Shown here one piece after another: positions 19,254 through 28,742 of a stretch of DNA of 64,000 bases. Numbering within the stretch: the stretch's first letter is position 1; every line of letters starts with the position of its first letter. Position numbers and translations under genes: made by a program. The notes beneath the pieces are model-generated. The model was given only the letters and a program-made list of their open reading frames with translations, had not been told where the DNA came from and made no database searches. This stretch comes from Escherichia coli (GTDB lineage: Bacteria; Pseudomonadota; Gammaproteobacteria; Enterobacterales; Enterobacteriaceae): assembly GCF_013315695.1 (NCBI RefSeq), contig NZ_CP054353.1, one strand, 5' to 3'.

Positions 19254-21664
19254 GTCATGCCGATATGAACAACTGCTGCGGCTTTAACGAAGCTGCCGCA
19301 TCGTTCTCATGGAACAGCCCGAAAAAGGCCATTAACCCTTATCTGGACCCGGCGGAAGTTGCGCCGGTTTCTACGCTTTCAAACCTGATCACTCTGTACG
19401 CTGCCGATAACGAGCAGGAACAGCTGCGCCGTGAGGCGCTGAGTGATCAGGTCTGGGAGCGTTATTTCTTTAATGAATCCCGTGATCCTGTCCAGCGCGA
19501 AATGGAGCAGGATAAGCTCATTAGTCGGGCAAAGCTGGCGCATGAGCAGCAGCGTTTTAACCCGGACATGGTCATTCTGGCAGACGTCAGCGCCCAGCCC
19601 TCCCATATCAGCAAGCCGCTGATGCAACGTATTGAATACTTCAGCAGCCTTGGCAGGCCAAAGGCTTATTCCCGCTATTTGCGTGAGACGATTAAGCCAT
19701 GTCTGGAACGGCTGGAGCATGTACGCGACAGTCAGCTATCCACATCTTTTCGCTTTATGGCAAGCCATGAAGGGCTGGACGGCCTGCTGATTCTGCCTGA
19801 AATGAGTCAGGATCAGGTGAAACGCCTGTCCACCCTTGTTGCTGCGCATATGAGCATGTGCCTTGATGCAGCTTGTGGCGATTTGTATGCCACCGATGAC
19901 GTTAAGCCAGAAGAAATCCGCAAGACATGGGAAAAGGTGGCAGCAGAAACCCTGCGACTGGATGTCATACCGCCTGCGTTTGAGCAACTCCGCCGGAAAA
20001 GAAACCGCCGTAAACCCGTGCCATATGAACTCATTCCGGGTTCGCTGGCGCGTATGTTGTGCGCCGATTGGTGGTACCGGAAATTATGGAAGATGCGTTG
20101 CGAATGGCGGGAAGAGCAGTTGCGTGCTGTTTGCCTGGTCAGCAAAAAAGCATCTCCCTATGTCAGCTATGAAGCCGTGATGCATAAACGTGAGCAGCGC
20201 CGTAAGTCGCTGGAGTTTTTCCGTTCTCATGAACTGGTGAACGAAGACGGCGACACGCTGGACATGGAGGATGTGGTAAACGCCAGCAGCAGCAACCCTG
20301 CGCATCGCCGCAATGAGATGATGGCCTGTGTTAAAGGTCTGGAGCTTATCGCGGAAATGCGCGGTGACTGCGCCGTTTTCTACACCATCACCTGTCCGTC
20401 ACGTTTCCATTCCACGCTAAATAACGGCAGGCCCAACCCGACCTGGACAAATACGACGGTAAGACAAAGCAGTGATTATCTGGTCGGCATGTTTGCTGCA
20501 TTTCGTAAGGCGATGCACAAAGCCGGATTGCGCTGGTATGGCGTGCGGGTGGCTGAGCCGCATCATGACGGTACAGTTCACTGGCACCTGTTGTGTTTTA
20601 TGCGCAAAAAAGATCGCCGCACCATTACTGCTTTGTTGCGTAAGTTTGCCATTCGTGAAGACCGCGAGGAGCTGGGTAATAACACGGGACCACGCTTTAA
20701 GTCTGAGCTGATAAACCCGCGCAAAGGTACGCCAACAAGCTACATCGCGAAATACATCAGTAAGAACATTGACGGGCGTGGTCTGGCTGGCGAGATCAGC
20801 AAGGAAACGGGTAAATCCCTGCGTGATAACGCTGAATACGTTAATGCCTGGGCGTCTCTGCATCGTGTTCAGCAATTCCGCTTCTTTGGCATTCCGGGGC
20901 GTCAGGCTTACCGTGAACTGCGATTGCTGGCTGGTCAGGCGGCAAGGCAACAGGGGGACAAAAAAGCAGGTGCGCCGGTACTGGATAACCCGCGCCTTGA
21001 TGCAATCCTGGCTGCTGCTGATGCTGGTTGTTTTGCCACCTACATCATGAAGCAGGGCGGCGTACTGGTTCCCCGCAAATATCACCTCATCAGAACTGCT
21101 TATGAAATCAACGAAGAACCGACCGCATATGGCGATCACGGTATTCGTATTTATGGCATCTGGTCACCCATTGCAGAGGGCAAGATCTGCACTCATGCGG
21201 TGAAGTGGAAAATGGTTCGTAAGGCCGTTGACGTTCAGGAGGCGGCAGCCGACCAGGGCGCTTGCGCCCCTTGGACTCGTGGCAATAACTGTCCCCTTGC
21301 TGAAAATTTGTACCAACAAGGGAAAGACAAATCAGCTGATGGAGATACCAGAACGGATATCACCCGCATGGATGACAAGGAGTTGCACGATTACCTGCAC
21401 AGTATGAGCAAAAAAGAGCGCCGGGAACTGGCAGCAAGGTTACGCCTGGTGAAACCGAAACGGCGTAAAGACTACAAACAGCGAATTACAGATCATCAGC
21501 GACAGCAGCTCGTGTATGAACTGAAGTCCAGGGGATTTGATGGCAGCGAGAAAGAGGTCGATTTACTGCTTCGCGGCGGCAGTATTCCGTCAGGAGCAGG
21601 CCTGCGTATCTTCTATCGGAACCAGCGTTTGCAGGAAGATGATAAGTGGCGAAACCTGTATTAA
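19250..21664 (+). CDS. Replication initiation protein A (rolling-circle nicking endonuclease), 804 aa
   Basis: Size and position of P2/186 gene A at the end of the early operon. Confidence 0.85.
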   Translation: MSHADMNNCCGFNEAAASFSWNSPKKAINPYLDPAEVAPVSTLSNLITLYAADNEQEQLRREALSDQVWERYFFNESRDPVQREMEQDKLISRAKLAHEQQRFNPDMVILADVSAQPSHISKPLMQRIEYFSSLGRPKAYSRYLRETIKPCLERLEHVRDSQLSTSFRFMASHEGLDGLLILPEMSQDQVKRLSTLVAAHMSMCLDAACGDLYATDDVKPEEIRKTWEKVAAETLRLDVIPPAFEQLRRKRNRRKPVPYELIPGSLARMLCADWWYRKLWKMRCEWREEQLRAVCLVSKKASPYVSYEAVMHKREQRRKSLEFFRSHELVNEDGDTLDMEDVVNASSSNPAHRRNEMMACVKGLELIAEMRGDCAVFYTITCPSRFHSTLNNGRPNPTWTNTTVRQSSDYLVGMFAAFRKAMHKAGLRWYGVRVAEPHHDGTVHWHLLCFMRKKDRRTITALLRKFAIREDREELGNNTGPRFKSELINPRKGTPTSYIAKYISKNIDGRGLAGEISKETGKSLRDNAEYVNAWASLHRVQQFRFFGIPGRQAYRELRLLAGQAARQQGDKKAGAPVLDNPRLDAILAAADAGCFATYIMKQGGVLVPRKYHLIRTAYEINEEPTAYGDHGIRIYGIWSPIAEGKICTHAVKWKMVRKAVDVQEAAADQGACAPWTRGNNCPLAENLYQQGKDKSADGDTRTDITRMDDKELHDYLHSMSKKERRELAARLRLVKPKRRKDYKQRITDHQRQQLVYELKSRGFDGSEKEVDLLLRGGSIPSGAGLRIFYRNQRLQEDDKWRNLY

Positions 21665-21756
21665 TTACGCGGGTTAACAATTCGTGCTCTTAATAATACC
21701 AGGCATATCAGGCCGATGAACGTAAAAAAACGTTTTACATCAGTAAGATTATTATA

Positions 21757-21776
21757 TACTGTAAATATAAACAGTA
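21757..21776. promoter_or_regulatory. LexA (SOS) box upstream of the tum/dinI-like genes
   Basis: tactgtaaatataaacagta fits TACTGT-N8-ACAGTA; an additional acagta half-site follows. Confidence 0.7.
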
Positions 21777-21816
21777 GTTATTTATACAGTATTTCTTTGG
21801 TGTTATAGGAGGAAAG

Positions 21817-22005
21817 ATGCAGGACTATTTTTTGGAGTCTTTGAAGCTCCAGCGCATTGATTTTTTTCTTAAGCTTGTAGCGGCTAGTGAGTGTAGTGAT
21901 GAAGAGAAGGGGCTGGCTTTGCAGTGGGTTTCTGAACTGACAGATGAACTTATGGCAAAAATCAGAACCCACGAATACAACCGCTCAATGGATGTCATCA
22001 GTTGA
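21817..22005 (+). CDS. Small SOS-controlled protein (62 aa), possible Tum-like antirepressor
   Basis: First ORF downstream of the LexA box, aggagg RBS. Confidence 0.4.
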   Translation: MQDYFLESLKLQRIDFFLKLVAASECSDEEKGLALQWVSELTDELMAKIRTHEYNRSMDVIS

Positions 22006-22015
22006 GGTGACTTTT

Positions 22016-22249
22016 ATGCGCATTGAAATAATGATCGATAAAGAGCAGAAGATTAGCCAGTCTACCCTGGACGCCTTTGAATCCGAGCTTTACCGCAATC
22101 TGCGCCCCCTGTATCCCAAAACGGTAATTCGTATCCGTAAAGGTAGCTCTAACGGTGTGGAACTGACCGGACTGCAACTGGACGAAGAAAGGAAACAAGT
22201 AATGAAAATTATGCAGAAGGTGTGGGAAGACGACAGCTGGCTGCATTAA
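22016..22249 (+). CDS. DinI-family protein (77 aa)
   Basis: MRIEIMIDKE...ELYRNL...VWEDDSW resembles E. coli DinI (MRIEVTIAK...WESADDW). Confidence 0.75.
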   Translation: MRIEIMIDKEQKISQSTLDAFESELYRNLRPLYPKTVIRIRKGSSNGVELTGLQLDEERKQVMKIMQKVWEDDSWLH

Positions 22250-22519
22250 GAAACGTTGCTGGCGTCTGAACTTGCTTCTGGCGTCAGCAAGGTTGAACAA
22301 CGAGCTATGCGAGGCGTTAGTGTCAATTTGTTACCTTAACCACTATATATGCCAGGAAATTAACAGTTCTTAAGAAACCGCTTGCATGATCGAGCGCATT
22401 GAACTTAAGTTTAAGTAACGAAATCAACAGATGATATTGTTGTCTAAATTTTAAAGATAATCTGTTGAGGTTGTAGGCGTCGGAGTGTAGACTTCCGCGC
22501 CATGTGAAAAGGGGGAGTT

Positions 22520-22735
22520 ATGTCAAGCATCGCCGCATTTAGCCTGGGTAACCCAGTTGAACGTCTGGCAAGGGTTCTTAAAGAGAACCAGGACAAACTC
22601 AATCTTAGTAAAGATGGTTTTGTGTCCGTAGACTTGTCTAACAAAAGAGCAATGGATGCCATCAAGGCACAGATGGATAAGCTTGAAGGCATCAAAACGA
22701 GCACTGTAAAAGAGAAAACTAATAGAACCAGATAA
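22520..22735 (+). CDS. Hypothetical small protein (71 aa), first gene of a two-gene cargo module
   Basis: Strong RBS (gggggag); stop overlaps the next start (ATAATGG). Confidence 0.5.
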   Translation: MSSIAAFSLGNPVERLARVLKENQDKLNLSKDGFVSVDLSNKRAMDAIKAQMDKLEGIKTSTVKEKTNRTR

Positions 22736-23577
22736 TGGCAACATTACTTTTAGCAGTGATTTTGGTTAGTGGTTTTATTTATGTAAACCTATCACTTTCA
22801 ACAAGATACCGATATAAGCGTTCCAACGGCTGGGACGCTTATTTTTTTGTGGCTGCCTGGGGTATCGTTTTTTTTCTCCTTGGCGGTTTTTTCACCTTTA
22901 TTTTGAACGTCAGCGGAGGGTTTCGTTGGCTGGCTAATGCCTTGAATCTAACACCTGACAGTTTTAACGGCATGTTGTCTTCATCGAAAGACAAACTTCA
23001 AAGAATAAATGAAATCAAACAGATAGCATGGGTTATGATTTCAATTGTCCTCGCTGCGATTTCAGGTTTTGGAAATAAGTTACGCACATCACGTGGAGAT
23101 CGTCGCTGGGATGCCTTAGCTAAAGCTGTGGGTAATAACGCTTTCGAATCATTACTCATGGAAGCGTCCGCAAGACAGTTTCCGATCATAGCAACTCTGT
23201 CGTCTCGCAAAATCTATGTTGGTCTTGTTACTTGTCCGGCGTTAGAAAACGGGCTTTCAGAACACCTTGAACTTCTCCCGATGTTAAGCGGATATAGGGA
23301 TAAAGATGATCTAACGATTAGTATCACGACTAACTATCACCAACATTATCTTGATAGTGGTGTGATAAGTGGAATGTCTCGGCTTAATATCGAAGATTTC
23401 CGTGTGCTCATACCAAAAGATGAGGTTGAAACAATTTCGTTTTTTGATACTGAGACATATAACAAATTTAAAGAAAATGAAGCCAGGGATAGAAAGAACT
23501 GTCGAAAGATTGGTAGTAAAAGTGCATCTTCGCGCAGCAAGCGTGCAGCAGATGCTGAGTCAAATGATCGTGCATGA
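22735..23577 (+). CDS. Hypothetical membrane protein (280 aa: ~3 N-terminal TM helices plus soluble C-terminal domain)
   Basis: Translationally coupled to the 71-aa ORF; hydrophobic N-terminus, charged C-terminus. Confidence 0.6.
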   Translation: MATLLLAVILVSGFIYVNLSLSTRYRYKRSNGWDAYFFVAAWGIVFFLLGGFFTFILNVSGGFRWLANALNLTPDSFNGMLSSSKDKLQRINEIKQIAWVMISIVLAAISGFGNKLRTSRGDRRWDALAKAVGNNAFESLLMEASARQFPIIATLSSRKIYVGLVTCPALENGLSEHLELLPMLSGYRDKDDLTISITTNYHQHYLDSGVISGMSRLNIEDFRVLIPKDEVETISFFDTETYNKFKENEARDRKNCRKIGSKSASSRSKRAADAESNDRA

Positions 23578-23694
23578 CTATGCTGCATGAGATCGCATGA
23601 TCGTTTGAGGATCGTTTTTGCTAAGGCCCGCCAGAACTGGCGGGCTTTTGCGTAGATCATGCACCTGCATGAAAACTACTACATAAAGCGGGCA

Positions 23695-23713
23695 GGCGTG
23701 GCGGGGATACGAG
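23695..23713. other. Putative cos site of the P2/186-like prophage
   Basis: ggcgtggcggggatacgag shares the GGCG(A/T)GGCGGGG core with the P4-like cos at 10022. Confidence 0.5.
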
Positions 23714-23903
23714 CGCGCGTTGGGATGATAATGTCCTTTCGAATGTAAGGCAGAGTATGTTATTTTTACTCTTGGTTGCTTTGTATAGTTCGATAAAATT
23801 ATTATATATTTAGTATGTGATATATTGATGTCGATGGTGACTGGTTGTGGATGAAGCTAAAAACAAAAAGGCATGATGCGATTTATTGAAGGAATGATGA
23901 TTA

Positions 23904-24320
23904 ATGATTGATGTCATTGGTAATAAATACGTTGTTGCTTTAATTTTTCCATTGTTGATGATTCTATGTGGGGCTTTTGTAAAAAAACTTGCCAGATCCT
24001 CTGGTTGGCAAAAGAGTGATTTTTACTTTGGGAATGAGTTGATATTATCGACAATTGGTGCATCATTGTTGAATTTATATGATTTGACTAAAACTGTTCA
24101 AACAGTAACCACGGTTAACCAAGTGGTTAATCAGTACATTGGAACTACTAGCTTTCTTGCCTTCTCTCTTTTTGTATTACTGGGGATCATGTCTTTTCAT
24201 CAAGATTGGGAAGGGCGAACAGGAAATCCAAAAGGTCAAATTTGGGTTTTATGTATTGGGTGTAATTTAGTCGGCATATTATTTTTTGCTTCCTTTGTTT
24301 TGTGGATTAAGGGTGTGTAA
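23904..24320 (+). CDS. Hypothetical small integral membrane protein (138 aa, ~4 TM helices)
   Basis: AT-rich; four hydrophobic segments; immediately followed by the TIR-like gene. Confidence 0.6.
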   Translation: MIDVIGNKYVVALIFPLLMILCGAFVKKLARSSGWQKSDFYFGNELILSTIGASLLNLYDLTKTVQTVTTVNQVVNQYIGTTSFLAFSLFVLLGIMSFHQDWEGRTGNPKGQIWVLCIGCNLVGILFFASFVLWIKGV

Positions 24321-24923
24321 ATGAAAAAAAATACTCTTTATATTATTTCAATTGCATTGGCTGTTGTTGGGTTTCTTATGGCTCTTATTCCACGGCTCCC
24401 ATATTTATTTCAAGGAGTTAATGATGAGATTATCATCTCCGTTATTGGATTATCTTTTGCCTATTCTGGCCTGAGTTTGATTGTGTTAATGAAATTAAGG
24501 GAAAGAAGACTAAAGGCCGTTAAAAAAGGAAAGCAAATATTTCTAATGTATCCCGTACAAGAAAAAGATAAGGCCCGTCAAATAACTTGTAAGCTTAATG
24601 AGTTAGGTTTTGATGTATGGTTTGATGAAAATAACATATTGCCCGGGCAGATTATTGAAAAGCAAATTAATCAGGCTATAGACAATAGCGCTGCGGCTAT
24701 ATTGCTTCTGTCTAATGAAGATATGGAGTCATATATAAGAAAGGAGGTAGAGGGCTTTCTCCGTAAAGCTACGGTAAAAGATGAAAACTATGTTCCTATA
24801 ATTCCTGTGATAATTGGTGATGCTGAATTGCCTGCGATGCTCAAAAACATCAAGTCTGTAAACTATGAGGATGAAAAATTAATTGATAAGCTCAATTTGT
24901 CATTGAAGTCCATTCTTGGTTGA
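24321..24923 (+). CDS. Membrane-anchored TIR-like domain protein (200 aa: 2 TM helices plus TIR-like domain)
   Basis: C-terminal region follows the TIR pattern: KQIFLMY...LNELGFDVWFDENNILPGQII...INQAIDNSAAAILLLSNEDMESYIRKEV...YVPIIPVII. Confidence 0.6.
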   Translation: MKKNTLYIISIALAVVGFLMALIPRLPYLFQGVNDEIIISVIGLSFAYSGLSLIVLMKLRERRLKAVKKGKQIFLMYPVQEKDKARQITCKLNELGFDVWFDENNILPGQIIEKQINQAIDNSAAAILLLSNEDMESYIRKEVEGFLRKATVKDENYVPIIPVIIGDAELPAMLKNIKSVNYEDEKLIDKLNLSLKSILG

Positions 24924-24955
24924 AATAAGGAGTCAGAATATCTGACTCCGTTTTT

Positions 24956-25987
24956 TCAAGTAAGCTGATAACTATCGAATGTTACTATTTCCTCATCTAG
25001 CCATATGTTTATTTCCTGTAATCTTTTTTGCAACGGTAATAACTCATTACGAACAAATACTTTACTAGCCTTCTCCACATCCCCAAACCCCCCAACATTA
25101 TTCGGCATAATCCCCATCATCTGTGGCGGAACGCGATGTGCTGCCATCATGTCATCCCGGCTCACGTTCTTGATATTTAGAAACTCATCCTTCGCCGCAA
25201 CTTCTGACAAAGGGATGATCTGAAGGCCGTCCTTTTTGCCGTTAGGCGAGTACATAAACAGGTTGCGGAAGTTACCCGGACCTTTGGCACTTTTCATTGC
25301 ATTGCGGAGGTTGTTCACGTCCTCCTGGTTCTGCGCAGCATCGGTCATGTACATGATGAAGCCTGCATGACTACCGTTAATGTAATACTTGCGGCGGAAC
25401 AGCGTGGCGGACTCATTGAGCAGGGCGGACGGAATGGCAGAAAGATAGCCGGGCAGGCCGTAGATCTCCTGGTTAATGTCCGGTTCCATCAGATGAAAAA
25501 TGCTGCCTTTCGTGAACTGATATGGCTGCGTGGTCATACCGTATTGCACAAACCAGTAGGTATCCAGGTCTAACCCGCGTCGGGTGTATTTTGCCAGGGC
25601 AGGTTCAAGGGCGATAACTTCACCGAAGCGGTTCGTGCGTTTCTCCAGGTAGGCGTTACCAAATACCAGATAGTCCTGCACAAAACGCGAAAAAGCCTGC
25701 TGGCTGAGCAGCGGGTGAGGGATGTAGGTGCTGGTCAGAATGTTGCACTTTACTGCAATCGGGGAACTATGATGAACGGCAGCGCGGAAGGTGCGCGCCA
25801 GTCCGTCAAAGCTGACGGGCGGCTCATACCAGCGGTCCATCTGTACGCATTCCACATAATCCAGCAGTTCTCGGCGGTCCAGAACAGGAACGGGATCGCC
25901 GAAGCTGAATGCTTCGGCTGTAGTTTGACTTTTAAGCTGGATCTGTTTCGTCGCCGCAGCGCGGTTCTTCTTACTCTTTCCCATCAA
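24956..25987 (-). CDS. Portal protein (P2 Q-like), 343 aa
   Basis: Size, orientation and pairing with the terminase ATPase gene as in P2 Q-P. Confidence 0.9.
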   Translation of the reverse strand: MMGKSKKNRAAATKQIQLKSQTTAEAFSFGDPVPVLDRRELLDYVECVQMDRWYEPPVSFDGLARTFRAAVHHSSPIAVKCNILTSTYIPHPLLSQQAFSRFVQDYLVFGNAYLEKRTNRFGEVIALEPALAKYTRRGLDLDTYWFVQYGMTTQPYQFTKGSIFHLMEPDINQEIYGLPGYLSAIPSALLNESATLFRRKYYINGSHAGFIMYMTDAAQNQEDVNNLRNAMKSAKGPGNFRNLFMYSPNGKKDGLQIIPLSEVAAKDEFLNIKNVSRDDMMAAHRVPPQMMGIMPNNVGGFGDVEKASKVFVRNELLPLQKRLQEINIWLDEEIVTFDSYQLT

Positions 25988-27750
25988 AAAATCTCCACAA
26001 TATTGCTGGTATTGGCGGATTCGCCCTGCAGCGGTTCGTTAAACAGTGCGTGCATCGTTGCCCAGGCCAGATCGGCGTGGCTGGCTTCTTCGCTGCGGCT
26101 GGCTTCATAGGTCGGGCGGTTGCCACTGGCGGTGGTGGCGCGACGGATTGCCATAAAGGACTGCGCTATGTCGGTGTGTCCGGCGTCAAACTCCAGACGG
26201 CGGTGGCTGATAATGTCGTAGGCCTTGAGTACCAGGGCGTTTTTAACGTTGGGGTTGTAGACAAACTCCCGGACGGCAGGAAAAAACGCTTTCACGTTCT
26301 CATAAACCCCGTGACCAACGCCGGTTGAGTCGATACCGATATAGGTCACGTTGTACTGTTCGGTCAGTTTTTTGATGGCGTCAGCCTGGGCGCGGAAGTC
26401 CATTCCGCGCCACTGGTGACGCTCAAGAATGCGGAACTTACCGCCCGGCACGGCTGGCGGCGCCACCACCACGCATCCGGCGCTGTCGCCGTTCTGCGTA
26501 CCTTTCGCCGGGTCATATCCGATCCACACTTCGCGCCAGCCAAACGGGCGCAGGGCCAGTGCATGAAAGTCGGTCCAGACTTCCCAACTGTCCACCATGC
26601 ACGCCTGCAGCTCGCTGAGTGGGAACACAGACGCGAGATCGTCCACGAACTCACACATCAGCAGGTTTTGGTATTCGTCCGGGCTGTACTCCATGCGCAA
26701 CTGGTCGAGGTCGAACAGGTTACAGCCGCCGCGCACCGCATCTTCCACAGTGACTATCTGGCGGTACTGCCCGTCTGCGCACAGCAGGCCGGGGGCCAGA
26801 TTGCTGTGGGACAGGTCGATGTCCACCTTATCGGCTTTGTTGCGCCCTCGGTTGAACAGCGCACCGGACCAGAACGGATAAGCACTGTGTGTCAGGCTGG
26901 ATGGCGTGGAAAAATAGGTTTGTCGCCATTTTTTGTGAATAGCCATACCGGAAGCCACTTTGCGCAGCTCCTGGAATTTCGGTATCCAGAAATATTCATC
27001 CAGATACAGGTTGCCGTGGTAACTCTGGGCCGTGCGGGCATTGGTGCCGAGGAAGTACAGCGTGGCCCCGTTAGGAAGCACCATCGGATCGCCTTTCAGC
27101 TCCACCTCCACTTCTTTGGCGAAGTCGATGATGTACTGCTTAAAGACGTGGGCCTGAGCCTTGCTGGCGGAAAGGAAAATCTGGTTACGCCCGGTTAGCA
27201 GGGCGTCAATCAGGGCTTCACGGGCAAAATAGAAGGTCGCGCCGATCTGGCGTGACTTCAGCAGGTTGCGGATGCGGTTGGTTTTTCCGGCTTCCCACCA
27301 GTGGCGCTGGTAGTTGAACATGGAGGAATGGAAAATTTCTTCCAGCTTCTCAATCTGTTCATCGGTGAAAACGTTCTTTTCCGGCTGACGGCGCGGGCCT
27401 TTGTTGCGGTTGGCGACGTTAGGGTTTAAGTCGGCTTCGTTGCCGCCATTGTTAAACTTGCCGATCCGCGCATGGCGCTCCGACTGGCGCGCCAGCAGGT
27501 CAATCTCTTTGAAATCTTTCCCTTCTTTGTGCTCCTTCATAATGAGCTGGCAGTAGCGTGCGGCGGTGGTGAGCTGCATCTGATCCAGCGGCCCATAGTC
27601 ACCCCACTTGTCGCGTTTTTTCCAGCTGTGAACGGTTGCAACTTTCTCGCCCAGCATTTCAGCAATGCGGGCTACGCGGTATCCCTGAAAGTACAGCAGC
27701 ATGGCCTGCCGACGGGGATCGAGATCTGCGGGTGTCAGTGTGGTGTTCAT
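25984..27750 (-). CDS. Terminase large (ATPase) subunit (P2 P-like), 588 aa
   Basis: Size and position match P2 gene P; overlaps the portal gene start. Confidence 0.9.
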   Translation of the reverse strand: MNTTLTPADLDPRRQAMLLYFQGYRVARIAEMLGEKVATVHSWKKRDKWGDYGPLDQMQLTTAARYCQLIMKEHKEGKDFKEIDLLARQSERHARIGKFNNGGNEADLNPNVANRNKGPRRQPEKNVFTDEQIEKLEEIFHSSMFNYQRHWWEAGKTNRIRNLLKSRQIGATFYFAREALIDALLTGRNQIFLSASKAQAHVFKQYIIDFAKEVEVELKGDPMVLPNGATLYFLGTNARTAQSYHGNLYLDEYFWIPKFQELRKVASGMAIHKKWRQTYFSTPSSLTHSAYPFWSGALFNRGRNKADKVDIDLSHSNLAPGLLCADGQYRQIVTVEDAVRGGCNLFDLDQLRMEYSPDEYQNLLMCEFVDDLASVFPLSELQACMVDSWEVWTDFHALALRPFGWREVWIGYDPAKGTQNGDSAGCVVVAPPAVPGGKFRILERHQWRGMDFRAQADAIKKLTEQYNVTYIGIDSTGVGHGVYENVKAFFPAVREFVYNPNVKNALVLKAYDIISHRRLEFDAGHTDIAQSFMAIRRATTASGNRPTYEASRSEEASHADLAWATMHALFNEPLQGESANTSNIVEIF

Positions 27751-27892
27751 GGCACAAACCTACAGCCTTGAATGAAGGCTTTCCCCGCCTGCGGTTTGTG
27801 TGGTTGTCGGTACAAATACCGCGCATTGTTTCACTGCCCCCATCACCGCAACCATAAGGCTCCAGTAAGTTTTTTCTAACGGAGCACGGCTC

Positions 27893-28726
27893 ATGACAGT
27901 GAAAGCAAAGCGTTTTCGCATCGGGGTGGAAGGTGCCACCACCGACGGACGCGAAATCCAGCGTGAATGGCTGGAACAGATGGCAGCCAGCTACAACCCG
28001 GCGGTGTATACCGCGCTGATTAACCTTGAGCACATCAAGTCTTATCTGCCGGACAGCACCTTTAACCGCTACGGCAAGGTGACGGCGCTGTTTGCTGAAG
28101 AAATCCCGGAAGGTCCGCTGGCAGGCAAGATGGCGCTGTATGCCGACGTTGAGCCAACGGAGTCCCTGGTGGAACTGGTGAAAAAAGGCCAGAAATTATT
28201 CACCTCTATGGAAGTCAGCCCGAAGTTCGCTGATACGGGCAAAGCCTATCTGGTCGGCCTGGCTGCCACTGATGACCCTGCCAGTCTGGGTACGGAAATG
28301 CTGACATTCAGCGCCAGTGCAGCCCATAACCCGCTGGCAAACCGCAAGCAGAATCCTGCCAATCTCTTTACCGCTGCAGAGGAAACGGTGATCGAACTGG
28401 AAGAAATCCAGGACGACAAACCGTCCCTGTTTGCCCGCGTCACGGCGCTGTTTACCAAAAAAGAGCAGTCCGATGACGCCCGGTTCTCTGATGTGCATAA
28501 GGCCGTGGAGCTGGTCGCCACTGAGCAGCAGAACCTGAGCGCGCGCACCGAAAAATCCCTGTCTGAGCAGGAAGAACGCCTGTCTGAGCTGGAGACTGCC
28601 CTGCAGGCACAGCAAACCGCCTTTAACGAACTGGTGGACAAGCTGAGTCATGAAGACAGTCGCCAGGACTACCGCCAGCGTGCAACAGGCGGTAACGCCC
28701 CCGCTGACACTCTGACCAATTGCTGA
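27893..28726 (+). CDS. Capsid scaffolding protein (P2 O-like), 277 aa
   Basis: First gene of the rightward late operon; charged coiled-coil-like C-terminus. Confidence 0.85.
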   Translation: MTVKAKRFRIGVEGATTDGREIQREWLEQMAASYNPAVYTALINLEHIKSYLPDSTFNRYGKVTALFAEEIPEGPLAGKMALYADVEPTESLVELVKKGQKLFTSMEVSPKFADTGKAYLVGLAATDDPASLGTEMLTFSASAAHNPLANRKQNPANLFTAAEETVIELEEIQDDKPSLFARVTALFTKKEQSDDARFSDVHKAVELVATEQQNLSARTEKSLSEQEERLSELETALQAQQTAFNELVDKLSHEDSRQDYRQRATGGNAPADTLTNC

Positions 28727-28742
28727 TGGAGCACAAAACCCG

